64,000 nucleotides of DNA from Balanoglossus misakiensis (taxonomy: Eukaryota > Animalia > Hemichordata), in the NCBI GenBank assembly GCA_040954595.2, contig CM082579.2, forward strand, positions 10,219,625 through 10,283,624, written 5' to 3'. Below the pieces are notes generated by a model that saw only the letters and a program-made list of their open reading frames with translations, did not search any database and was not told where the DNA came from. Positions 13,773-25,717 of this stretch are shown one piece after another (the first letter of the stretch is position 1; every line of letters begins with the position of its first letter). The translations under genes and the position numbers were made by a program.

Positions 13773-15923
13773 TTAACTTCCGTTTGCGCGCGAACTCTAT
13801 ATGTGTTTAACAGATTAATGTGCTTTGGAAATTCACGCATCATCCATGACACATAAGCCACGGTTACTAGAAGAAGACCGTCTCTTCTAGTAACCGTGCA
13901 TAAGCTTACAAACGTAATGAGCAGTCAAGGATGCTTGGCAAGTTTACATAAATGAGAAAAGTCGATCGTCTGTGGAGTGGAACACATACAGGTCGCAATG
14001 TGTGTGTTGTCTTCAGCTGGCACGCATCTAAACTGTGTTCAGTGTTCCCCGCCAAAACTCAGCACTATGACAGTAAAAAGACCGCGTTTCTCTGTACGTA
14101 GAAGCTGAGGTACCACCGGTGTAATTGACAGTTCATATGCAATAATATCATGTACATAGCTTTATGTTTTAAAGTCGATAGTTACTTCAACGAATTTGTT
14201 GGCGTGGATTAGTTAGATTCTTTCTGCACAGTTTCGTACGGGTTGATAAATGGAGGAAAGCCAGCGCACTTCTAAGCCATTCCTGGTATAACTTGAGCTC
14301 GTTTTTTTGGGTCACAGAATTAAACATTTAGCCAGCTTTCCATTTCGTAATATTCATTACGTAGACAATAACTTTATCAACTTGAATTCACTTAAGAAAA
14401 TATAATTTTTTTAGTTTATTCGATGTATTTTCATCCATGACATAATGTCACTTTTGACATATTTCTGAAGGCGGACTGTTGATATGTAACCATAAACTAT
14501 ACGGGCCATATCAAAAGTACTCAAATGGCGCGCAGTCACGTCGTGGTGACAAATAAGTAAAGGCCTTATAGTAAACCATTAACGAAATTTACATACTATA
14601 TTATCAATATATCAAACGAATTTACATCTATATTATCAATATATCAAACGAATGTCATCGTGTCGGACATTTGTCAGCTAACCAGGCAATGCTCTATTCC
14701 TTTTACCAATGACCCCCATTGCATTCACAAACACGAGTGGTTGATTTGTACAATTCACGTAGGTCGGTCAGATAGATGGTAACATGTACATGAATAACAG
14801 CTAACCAAAGTTTAGGGATATATCTGGGAAAGCATTATACTCTTATTTTCATAATCACCTGGATTAGTGTTGTCTCATTGTTTTATGGAACCAAACTAGA
14901 GGGAAATTTGCTAACGCAAATATTCTGTATTGTACTTCTGTATATTAACTTTAGCTTGCTAAAATTCCTAGTATTCCGTATGTGAACAGGTTTTATGTGT
15001 GACAAACGATTTCTGGTTCGTACAATTTTCATCAATAACAAAGCTGGCTGGACACATGTAGGTAGTCCTGGTAATATAAGCAGCCATTTTGGAATCCATC
15101 ATTGTTGAACATTCAAACAACAAAAAACTACAGCAGAAGAAGAAAAAAAAAGAAATACCGAAAAATAGCTGTAACTCAAAGTTACAGTCACTGGACTTTT
15201 AAAGCTACTGATAGTTTTCCCGCGATTCCCCACAAAAATAAGAAGAAATATTTGTTTTACATTATTTTTCTACTAACCTAACTCTAAAACATAAGTCAGC
15301 TTTAACTTACAGCAGTAAGCATTTTAAGGGAAGATGTTACGTATGCTCAAAAGGAGGAAACAACACAATGTCCATACTGTTTTCTTACCTTTTCTCTGGT
15401 CGAAATTCACGTATCTTAGATTCCGGAGTGCTAATAATTCCTCAAAAATTACCAAAATGTTCAGACTTTTTGTCGACACCCCTCTATAACAGCCACGTAC
15501 GACTTCAGAACTGAACCCTTCGGATGGTTAATGTCCCCATACAGTGTACATGTACATTTAAAAGCCCACAGGGGGACTACAGTTATACATTGTTATACAC
15601 AGTCCGTAATCGACGCCTGGAGTACTCCCATAGGCAGGTGTACGGGTAAAGGTGTACCTTAAAAGGAGTCGATAACGTGAGAATTGTCCCAATGTTTTTT
15701 AACAGAACACCAGTAAATGATAAGAAGATATCCTAAACTTTGATTAAAATGTATTGGTCATGGAATGTTCATGGATGGATGTTTTGAACTAGGGCAGATC
15801 ACCCCCGTATGAAAATAGACGTGCGTTCTACGCCTTTACAGAGCCGGCTTTTTACCCCACAACAGTGCAATTTATTGTCATGCTGATGCCAAAATGCGAT
15901 TTTGGGGTCATGGGGCAGCTTAA

Positions 15924-16272
15924 AGTTACAAAATCTCTCTCTCTCGCTGGCCTTTTGCCATTAATTATGTTTGATACAAGACACTGTTTATGTTAATGTA
16001 CATGTGGATATATAGTGAATCAATGATCAACCACACAAAACTTCCATCCCACTTGTATGATATGAGAGTAAAAACTTGCCCAAAATGAATAAATGGTAAA
16101 GAACGATTATTCATTTTGGCGAGTTTTTTCACTCTCCTGTCTATAAGAGGTATGGAAGTTGTGTGTGGTTGAACGTTGATTCACTATATATCCACATGTA
16201 GAATAACAAACGTTGTCTCTTATCAAATATAATTAATGGAAAAAAGGGCAGCGAGAGAGAGACTTTGTCCCT
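15924..16272. mobile_element. Kolobok-like MITE family 1, copy 2
   Basis: Flanked by TTAA on both sides. Sister array units at about 10561 and 12654 show the empty site GCAGC-TTAA-CATCCTCAG, demonstrating a TTAA TSD. Confidence 0.9.
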
Positions 16273-17113
16273 TTAACAACCTCAGACAGTTGCTTTTGTT
16301 CCAAGTAGTTTAAACCCTGTTCTAATACAGGTCTATGATTCTGACAGAAATTCTGAGCTATTGGGTGTGTGAGTGCATGGTTTTGTTAGTATGACCCAAA
16401 TTATCACATCCATCAGCAATCAGCGATAGTTTCAACACAATATTTCTGATACACCATACAGTGCACAAAATGGTTTAAAATCAAAGTTTTATGACACAGA
16501 GTCTGCATCAGAATGTGAAAGGCTGAGAAGTTCGATCTGAAATAATTCGAGAGGGGTGAAATGCTTGAAGTGAAATGGCCTTTCCTTATCAGCAGTCATG
16601 TTTGCCTTAAAAGCCCATATTTCTTGACATGGAAATTTCTATAGCTATTAACAATATAACAGTATACCAGCTTTCCATTTCGTAATATCCATTACGTAGA
16701 CAATAATTTTATCAACTTGAATTCACTTAAGAAAATATAAGATTTTTGTTTTATTCGATGTATTTTCATCCATGACATAATGTCACTTTTGACATATTTT
16801 TGAAGGCGGACTGAACGTTTGTCTTCAGCTGGCACGCCAGTGTTTCCCGCCAAAACTTGACCTTGGCATTCACAAACACGAGTGGTTATTTGATGTGTAC
16901 TATTCCCGTTGCTTGGTCAGATAAATGGTAGCATGTACATGAAATAACAGCTAACCGAAGTTTAGGGATATATCTGGGAAAGCATTATACTCTGATTTTC
17001 ATAATCACCTGGGTTAGAAGTTGTCTCATTGGTTTATGGAACCAAAACTAGAGGGAATTTTACTAAAACACATGTGTTCTGTATTGTACCTAAGTACAAT
17101 ACAGAACACCCCT

Positions 17114-17531
17114 AAGGGTTATTACACTAATTTTGGTCGATAACGCGTCGTATTCGAGTGATGTCCGTATTTTGACGAGTTGCGCTTCGCAACGAGTCAA
17201 AATACGGACATCACGAGAATGCGTCGCGTTATCAACCAAAATTAGTGTAATAACCCCTTTATCATACATGCCTACCTAAGAACAGTACGATTTGCGAAAA
17301 TGCGCCGAGAAAAACAATTTCAAATTTGAACCAGGCGCTGGGATCACGGCAGTATCCTATGCCCCGTACGTCGCTCACACGCGCAGCGAACTGTCGTGCC
17401 GCGCGTTCTCAAAAATTGTTCGAGACGCGGAGTGTAATACCGTAAAATATCGCACTCAGTGTAATACCGTAAAATATCTTCGGGGCGAGAACAATAGAAA
17501 GTGCCAAATACAGGCGTTGCATGTATGATAA
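17114..17531. mobile_element. Hairpin-plus-IR element (putative non-autonomous Crypton)
   Basis: About 145-bp palindrome with a GCGCTTCGC centre, followed by the 13-bp IR pair TTATCATACATGC (17259) / GCATGTATGATAA (ends 17531). Absent from sister units; no TSD. Confidence 0.7.
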
Positions 17532-18113
17532 TTCTGTATATTAACTTTAGCTTGCTAAAATTCTTAGTATTCCGTATGTGAACAGGTTTTATGTGTGACA
17601 AACGATTTCTAGTCCGGACAGTTTTCATCAATAACAAAGCTGGCTGGACACATGTAGCCGGGTAAATATAAGCAGCCCTGTGGGAATCCATCATTGTTGA
17701 GAATTCAAACAGGAAACTACAGCGAAAAAAGCCCCAAAATACCAAAATACCGAAAAATAGCTGTAACTAAAAGTTACAGCCACTAGACATTTAAAGCTAC
17801 TGACAGTTTTCCCAAGATTTGACTTGGGTTAACCACTTTACAAAAACTTTCGGTATTTACCACAGATTTCAGTTTTAACTGATGATATACGGGAGGTGCA
17901 TTGTAATACTTTGTGAATATACATCTATTTGGGCAAAAACACGTGTCTATTTCGCCCGGTCATATCAACTTATAAATACAAATATAGTTCTATTTGTATT
18001 ATTTTACATACAAACAAATCTATCAATCAATATATTTCTTCTTTACAAAATATAGGCCTACTTCGTTCTTCTACAATGAAATGTCCCACTTGCCTTGTTA
18101 TTACTTTCACTGC

Positions 18114-20721
18114 ATTTCGAAACATGGATTTTGTTTATTATAACGTTCTAACAGATTGGCACGACATTTGGCTCAGCATTTTTCACACATTTGTATGATG
18201 TGCAGTTTGATAATTCAGTAATCTTAATGTTAAATTGCGCAACTTTCTTCAATTTCCCCATAATCTACTCCCCTGTTTTACAAGGATTTAAACTCGCCGG
18301 ATTTAAAATATACCTGGTTTCAAGTACATTTTAAATAAACTAAGTCAATGTTTTTGTAATGAAACAAGTTTAAAGTTACTCTTTTTTTATTAAAAAATAT
18401 TTAGTAACGTTTAAATGTTATGTAATTTGACGCAGGGCAGGTCTGGAGTACCTAGACCTGAAAAAGATTACGAGAAACAAACGACACTTTGAAATAGCAA
18501 ACTTACCGGCCGTTGAATAGCTGCAGCACTGGAGCTAATAAGCGACACAAATCAAGATGGCCGTTCAGCAGTCAATGGGTGTGGTGTCCCCAGCAGAAGG
18601 TAGAAGTTGCAACTGGAAAATGACCTGAGGGCAGCGCTGCCCCCAGGGCAGATTAATGGTAGATATGCAATGACATGTTTAAACATATGAAATGAATGTT
18701 TGCCCCGAGGGCAGCTGAGATATAGTGTTGCCCTCAGGGCAGATACTATGCAATGACAAATATGCTAATTTTCACCCCAGAGGTCTTATATTCGAAACCA
18801 AATAGCCTCACTTGCCGTTTATAACCTCTTAATATTGCTACGATCAGAGCAGATTCATTATGCAACGAATTTCTAAAGAAGTTGTAATTTGTCTGTTATG
18901 TGTAATATATATGTCGCGTGCATGCATCGTGAGGGCCTGGCCAGCTGCGAACCATTAGATATTACTAACAAAATAACATCATTTGCAAATTTAATTGACC
19001 AACTCTGCTAATGTAGTCAGTGCGAACGTGTTGATATATTATGTATTTTCAACATGTCTTCGGGAATTTAACTTTATACCTTCAGGCTTTCAAACAATGG
19101 TACGATCCCACACGAAGTGTAATCTGCAGCATGCAGGACTTGGCAGCCAACTTGCCGCGCCGCATGGGTTCTTACGCGCCCGCACGGGACTATTTTTTGT
19201 GACGTCATTGAATGTTGTGTACCCGTTTGCTCCACTGTGCGCTGCCCAGGGGGCAGCGCTGCCCTCAGGTCATTTTCCAGTTGCAACTTCTACCTTCTGC
19301 GGTGTCCCCATGTGTCAAATCAATTGCCTAGCAATAGACGGACCCCCCTATAGGAAACAATTTGAAGATAGACAATCAACATACAGTGTCGGAAAGTTTG
19401 AGTTTAGATTTTACTCTAAAAGTTTAAGTGCATAGCGAAAGCCCATCCACGATTGGAAAAAGTGATAAATAAAGGGTGTTTTACCACTTTGATGTCGAAG
19501 TACAGTCCCTTTCTTGAGGGACTGTGGTCGCATATACCTGAGCGGACAGGTATTTGTATCTGCATAAATGTGACAGTGTTCACATGGAAACCGACCTAGT
19601 TCACAAGCTCGGCAAGTAAAGTTGGTGAAACTATAGACAACCGAAAGCTAAAATGAGCCGGGGTGTTAAATAACGGTTATCAGTTCAAGGGATTTTTGTT
19701 CGTAGGTAAGGACGCGCCCTAATGACCCTATTGTTAGGATTATGTAAAATAGAATTACAGTCTGTAGTTCCTGGTTCGGAAAATAACAAATAAACACCAT
19801 TTTTGCATGTGCAGATGTCAAAATTTATTCGAGGCAAAGTGGTAACGCGGGGCAACCGCTTGCGCGTCAGGCAACTCGTCGCCCGAAAATCCGACATGAC
19901 GGATTACAAGGCGACGTCGCCAGACGCGTTTCAGCGACGCACGGTTACTAGGTGAGCGACGCGACTACATCATACACACGAGGCAACTCACCGAGCAACT
20001 CGGGTTGCGCGTCGAGTTGCCTGCCGAGTTGCGTCTTTTTGCCTAGTCACGTGAAGGCAACTCGGTGGGCAACTCGACGCGCAACCCGAGTCGCGACGCT
20101 ACATCGAACGGTTACACGGGGCGACTCGACTGGCAACTATTTGTGCGTAAACAGCGGCTGCGCATGTGCAGCCGCCTCAGTAGCCGATCAACAAATCGAT
20201 CATTATCTGATCATTGCATAAATATTTGTTGGTTATTCTGGCAATAGCATTCATGTATTATACTTGTCAATTAGCTGATCAACCTGGTCATCTGACCAAG
20301 TATTTTTCTTGAAAAAAACAACAAAAAACAGTTCGCGAATTTCAACTGCATACAATACGTATACTTTCTCCACTATGTATTTCTATTGACATAATAAACT
20401 AACTAGTATTGCACTTCAACAGTATCCTCATCAATAAAAAAAATATTTTTTTCTCAGCTAGCAGGCGGTATGCAAGTCGATATAGTAAAGGAAAAATACT
20501 AGCTTGGGTGCTTTAATTTAATTGACGAATACGGAATTTTTAATCGTGATACCAAATTACACAACATTTAAACGTTACTAAATATTTTTTAATAAAAAAA
20601 GAGTAACTTTAAACTTGTTTCATTACAAAAACATTGACAAATGTGTGAAAAAAGCTGAGACAAAAGTCGTGCCAATCTGTAAAAACGTTATAGATAATAA
20701 ACAAAATCCATGTTTCGAAAT
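18114..20721. repeat. Long spaced inverted repeat (probable old TIR element with nested inserts)
   Basis: 18114-18192 and 18344-18419 recur in reverse complement as one contiguous block at 20563-20721. Confidence 0.7.
18593..19300. mobile_element. MULE-like non-autonomous element, 10-bp TSD
   Basis: About 50-bp TIR GCAGAAGGTAGAAGTTGCAACTGGAAAATGACCTGAGGGCAGCGCTGCCCC; direct repeat GGTGTCCCCA at 18583-18592 and 19301-19310; internal GCCCC.AGGGCAG subrepeats. The superfamily is inferred from TSD length and G...C ends. Confidence 0.85.
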
Positions 20722-20801
20722 ACTCTGCCTACCGCCTGACCCCTCCACCTGACCGCCTAAAGGCCTTAGAGCTAGGTAGAAGGTCAGGCGGTAGGCAGAG
20801 T
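20722..20801. mobile_element. 80-bp hairpin MITE
   Basis: 20-bp perfect TIR ACTCTGCCTACCGCCTGACC / GGTCAGGCGGTAGGCAGAGT. Confidence 0.65.
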
Positions 20802-21098
20802 TCACCAAAAGAGGGCGCATTTTATCATCCATTGTTTATAATGTGTAGTGTATGAGCAGAGAAGCCTCAGTGTTCCGGTTAGAACCGTATCGGTAAGACA
20901 AAGACAGAAGACTTGACCGACAACAAATTTATTCAGTTTATATCATATAATTCTTACTTAAATGTTCCCTGAATAAATCCCTGTGACTGGGTATAACAAG
21001 AGGAAGGGAGGAAACTCACTCACGGCATGTCTGCTGTTTCGTACTTTTCAAGCCATGCCTGCCAATTAAACAGTCATCATCAGTTTTCTTATGCTTAA

Positions 21099-21717
21099 AG
21101 GGGAAATCCGCTGTAGCTGATTTCTACATAATTTGGTAGCTTTGATGTCTCTCTTTCAGAAAAAAACATATTCGCCATGTATAGGTCGCGCGATTTTTTA
21201 CAAAATCTAGGGAAAGTTGGCAGAATTTCCAATATGGCGTTTACAGTAATTTGAATCATGGGAAAAAAAGCGCCAGGAGCAACTTCCGCCCACCATGCTG
21301 TGGGTGATACCATTCTCCGATTGGTGTCACTGGGCGACAGACTAGGCGTATTTTCATAGCTATTGTTTGTTCTTTGCATCAGTTGATAAACAATCATCAG
21401 CAAAGTCGAAAATTTGTCATCTATTGACAGTTTTCATGAGCTATAACCCATGAAAAACATGCAAATACGCTTAGCTTGTGACACAGTGACACCAATCGGA
21501 AAATGGTATCACCCACACCAAGGTGGGCGGAAGTTGGTCCTGGCGCTTTTTTTCCCATGATTCAAATTACAGTAAACGCCATATTGGAAATTCTGCCAAC
21601 TTTCCCTAGATTTTGTAAAAAATCGCGCGACCTATACAAGGCGAATATGATTTTTTCTGAAAGAGAGACATCAAAGCTACCAAATTATGTAGAAATCAGC
21701 TACAGCGGATTTCCCCT
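21099..21717. mobile_element. Kolobok-like MITE family 3 with long TIRs
   Basis: TTAA|AGGGGAAATCCGCTGTAGC...GCTACAGCGGATTTCCCCT|TTAA with about 230-bp near-perfect inverted arms. Confidence 0.9.
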
Positions 21718-22597
21718 TTAAAAATGTGAGCAGCTCGCTTTGGACGCGTGGAAATTGCTTCGTTGTCTCAAAAAACGTGACTGGACGTTCACTCAGCGAT
21801 GTCCAGAGGTCGCCCGTAAGGCCGGAAACCACCTTTGACCTTTGACTGTTTATTTCAAGACCACGTGAGCTTCAGAGGTGAACAAATTACCCAAGATACT
21901 TTGAGGTTTCAGTCGGGTCAAGGTTCAAACGCATAGGTTCACGCATAAGTCTATGGTTCACGTTCGTTCATACGTCCCTGTATGCGGTCACTTGGACCAG
22001 TTCTCCGGTCACTTTGCATCAGTTGCACAAACACAGCTAGATTCAAATAGAATGCATATTGTCGTAAAGTATTTGGCTCCTTATCAGTAGAATCATGAAT
22101 ATACGGACTTTCATTCAAAGAAAAAAGCTACGAAGTCGACCCCACCTCGGCCGGGAAGTCGGGACTTATTAGCCCACAGTGCACGCCTTTTCTATGACAA
22201 GTCCACATGACCGGCTTAACGGTCTAAAGCAACCCTCCCGATCTACGGGAAAGGCGCGTAAATGTTTTCGCCAATTTTGAAATCTGATACATGAACTTGT
22301 TCATGATGACTCGACAAGTACTAGAACAGCAATTTTGGTGGAAAAGCTCAAAAATATTGACGACAGGCCGAATTTTAAAGTGCGGCTCTTGCGTAGCTAC
22401 CGTATAATGCGTAGTATGAAGGAAATGAACAATTGTATGCACCTCTTGTTTTCGGGCGATTCCGCTCAAGTTCAACCCGTACGACGTCGAAACTTCTACC
22501 GATTACTAATGAGTATACCCTGGCCATCAAATACTGCGACTCTTGAATATCCCGACTATCACTATCATGTAATGGTACCGACCGGATACTGGTCTAA

Positions 22598-23399
22598 GGC
22601 TGCATTCACAAACACCTCTGGAGGGGGGGCAGGAGAATTGAGGGGGGGGATTTGAAAAAATTAAGGGTATGTAAGGGGGGGGGATTTGAAATAATTTAGG
22701 GACTGAAAGGGGGGGACTTGAAAACTTTAACGACTAAATATTTATTTTGAGTCCACAAAAATGCAGTTTCGCGCCCTTTATTTTACAAAATTTTCTAACA
22801 TGGGAGGGGACACCCCCTCCCACACCCACCCCCTCCATTCATCAACACCTTTCAATCATTGACTGGTTTATCTAGTGTCCCAGGTCAGGGGACTTGCCCC
22901 CACCCCATGATAACTTTGAGCGGCGACGGTTAAATTTGTCCTCCCCAACATACCGGTTGTTGAGTTCATTTGCTTTTGCCGGGTTCATTAAAATGCAGCT
23001 TTGAGCTCTGTATTTTAGAAAATTTTCTTACGTGGGAGGGGGACACCCCCTCCCAAACCCACCCCCTTCAATTCTCGGTTTACAATGTCTCCCAACACAG
23101 AATACAAATATATGTACTTAAAAAATAAAAACAATTTTCAGTTTTAATACCCACTGATGAGGGGAAACATCAGTTTCAAATTATTTTCATGGGAGCGCTG
23201 TTTTTCTTTTTTACAAGATATATAGGTGATGTGGTTTGCTCTGTGAAAGAAAATGGGGGGGGATTTGAAAATTTTGGCAGTTCGGAAGGGGGGGATTTGA
23301 AAATATTGGCAGTTCGGAAGGGGGGCATGTGAAAATTAGCGGTAAAAAAAATTGAATTCTCCCGCCCCCCTCCCTCCAGAGGTGTTTGTGAATGCAGCC
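22598..23399. mobile_element. PIF/Harbinger-like MITE
   Basis: TAA|GGCTGCATTCACAAACACCTCTGGAGGG...CCCTCCAGAGGTGTTTGTGAATGCAGCC|TAA; subterminal GGGGGGATTTGAAA repeats. Confidence 0.85.
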
Positions 23400-25105
23400 T
23401 AAGGGGTGTACACGTTCACGAGCGTGTAACGTCGACTTTTCAAATCCACCTTTCTCGTATTGATTTTACCCACCGATATTCTCATGGAACGACCGAACGC
23501 CAACCATATTGCTTTTATTTCATATATGTACAACTACCAGTACATACACTTGTAATTTCGTTTCACAAGAAAGTTACAGCGACGGACGGGCGAATCAGTA
23601 AAAAAATTAATTCGACCTGTTTTACCTCTTACAAGTGGCTATACGGGCCAGTTCATGTAATAACTCTATAAATATCGTAAAATCTGAATGTGCCGCTGAA
23701 CAAAAACAGACGCCGCGCCAGGCATGCAACGCGTTCGTAATTCTTCCTGCCCGGCTTCCGTGCATTAAACTTATACATATTCATCACGTGTTTATCTCCC
23801 TGTTGCTTTATGAATATATGAATATTAAGTGGTTTCCGGCTTTACAGGCAACCTCTGGACATGCCTTGAGCGAGTTTCCTCCCTTTCTCTTCTTTTACCG
23901 AGTGAGAACTGCCCGACGTTTACTTAATCCACTAAATCCGTGGATGGGGCACACAGATTAAGTCGTTAGCAGGTGCTTAATGGGAAATGTGATAGCTTTT
24001 ATTCTGGATTAGCAACTGATAAGACAGGTGGAGGTAACACAGAAAAATAAACAAGCACAAAGACTGTTCATCAAGAACTGTTTATTGGGGGAAAATGCAG
24101 AAACTCCGCCATTTATAACTTTCATGTTTGCAGTCCCCTGTGGCCGGCTATGCTGGGCGGGGGGAAGGGGGGGGCGCTCGGGGGAACAGGTCGTTTCGGC
24201 ACCAGAGTTTTACGGCCCCAGTCGTTTCGGCACTTACCAGCGCAGCCCCCCAAGCGTAAGTTGTTACTAATAACCATGGAGGTACTAGAGAATAACCCAA
24301 CAAAAACGCTGCATTTAAACCCCGGTGCGGAAAGTCCTGGGGTTCGGATTAACGTGTGTTTGTATAGTTGTTTATTTGGGAGTGGTTGTCGTGCATAATG
24401 ACTGTGTAATTGCTCTCATGTACACAGAAAATAATTGAACACTTCACACTTCCACGCGATTGACATCTGTTTGAATGGCGTGGTTATTGTTTCCCAGGGA
24501 CGCTTCTGAAAAGCACTGAAACCAGATTTCTCCCAAAATCATCGTTGTTTCATAAGCTCGTGTACTTTTTCGTCGATAACTTTATGTTGTGTGTGTTTAT
24601 AAAGCCAACTACTGTCGTTGTATGGTGTAATTCTTTATGCTTGGACCTGTTTGGGCCGATTTTCATAGAGCCAAGATCGTTGGTGTTGTCTGTTGTCAGT
24701 CAAACGGCATTAAGATTCGCCACTGATTTGGGGGGTCTTTTATACCCCGCACCGGGGTTTAAGCTGAAAGTTATTCTCGGGCGCGGGACATCCGGGTACT
24801 TTTGGTCTTCTGAGTGAGCGCGGTGAAAACAAACAAGGCAAACGCATACTTGTTTCCGTGTGATTTGCATCTCGATTTGCATTACAATACCTAAATCTTG
24901 TGAAGCTGTTGGCTGTAGCAACCACAAGCCACTGAGTTAACACGTGTGAGTATGACGTTACATTAACGGTAAATTGCGATTGTATCGTCAGCAGGTTGCA
25001 GTGTCGCTGGTCATTAAAGTTATTATAAACTTGGAAGGCAGGGGATTTGAAGCAGTATCTAAAAGACATCGGAATCAGTTTTAAAATAGGTGGTTGTTAC
25101 ATGTA

Positions 25106-25717
25106 CCGTAGTTTGCCGGGTAAGAGCCCCTGCTCGGACAAACGCCCCCCCCTGGTTTTAGGGCCCATTTGTAGATCGAGGCCATATCCGGTCTAAAGCC
25201 CCCCCCCCCCCCCGGCCGAATATCCATTAAATTCTTGGAAATTTAATAAAGTGCAATGCAAAAAAGGCGGATTTTCATCCCCAAAGTCACTAAAAGTGAG
25301 AAAAAAAAATGTATGATGATTTACTTTCGCGCTGATTATCGTACCCACCGCGGCCGACTGGCCACGCTGAGTTATATATAGCCGCTCTAGAAAACATGAC
25401 CTCAGACAGGTCCCTCGGGACCGTGCCTCGAATTCAACGATCACGTAGATGGACGCGCTGCCGCGTGTGAGGTCACCGGGGAGCTTTCCAAAGCGGCCGC
25501 GTGGAGCTGCTTCAGTCCGTCCTCGACGCGAAACACCCAACATTGGAAGATCCCGACTTGGACTCGGAGAATGAACCACTCAAAAATTTGCATAAAAGTC
25601 GAGGTGGCCATCCCTCATTTGCATAAATCTCGAGGCCATATCCGGGCTAAAGCCCCCCCCTGTTTTTTCGCTAATCTGTTGGCCCAGCACCCGGGGCTCT
25701 TACCCGGCAAACTACGG
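25106..25717. mobile_element. Tc1/mariner (pogo/Tc2-like) MITE
   Basis: TA|CCGTAGTTTGCCGGGTAAGAGCCCC...GGGGCTCTTACCCGGCAAACTACGG|TA; sister units read CATG-TA-CATGAAATAAC without the insert (16933). Confidence 0.85.

Larger units (their letters stand above)
10197..14378 (+). repeat. Near-perfect tandem duplication, period 2093 bp
   Basis: 10197-12284 equals 12290-14378 with 5 bp (CCCAA) between. By eye I found only one substitution (CAACGG/CACCGG) and a 1-bp T-run indel; ORF-track entries are offset by 2093. Confidence 0.95.

Noticed and set aside
21095-21721. Two similar ORFs on opposite strands
   Set aside because: Mirror translations of the MITE's inverted arms with no protein features.
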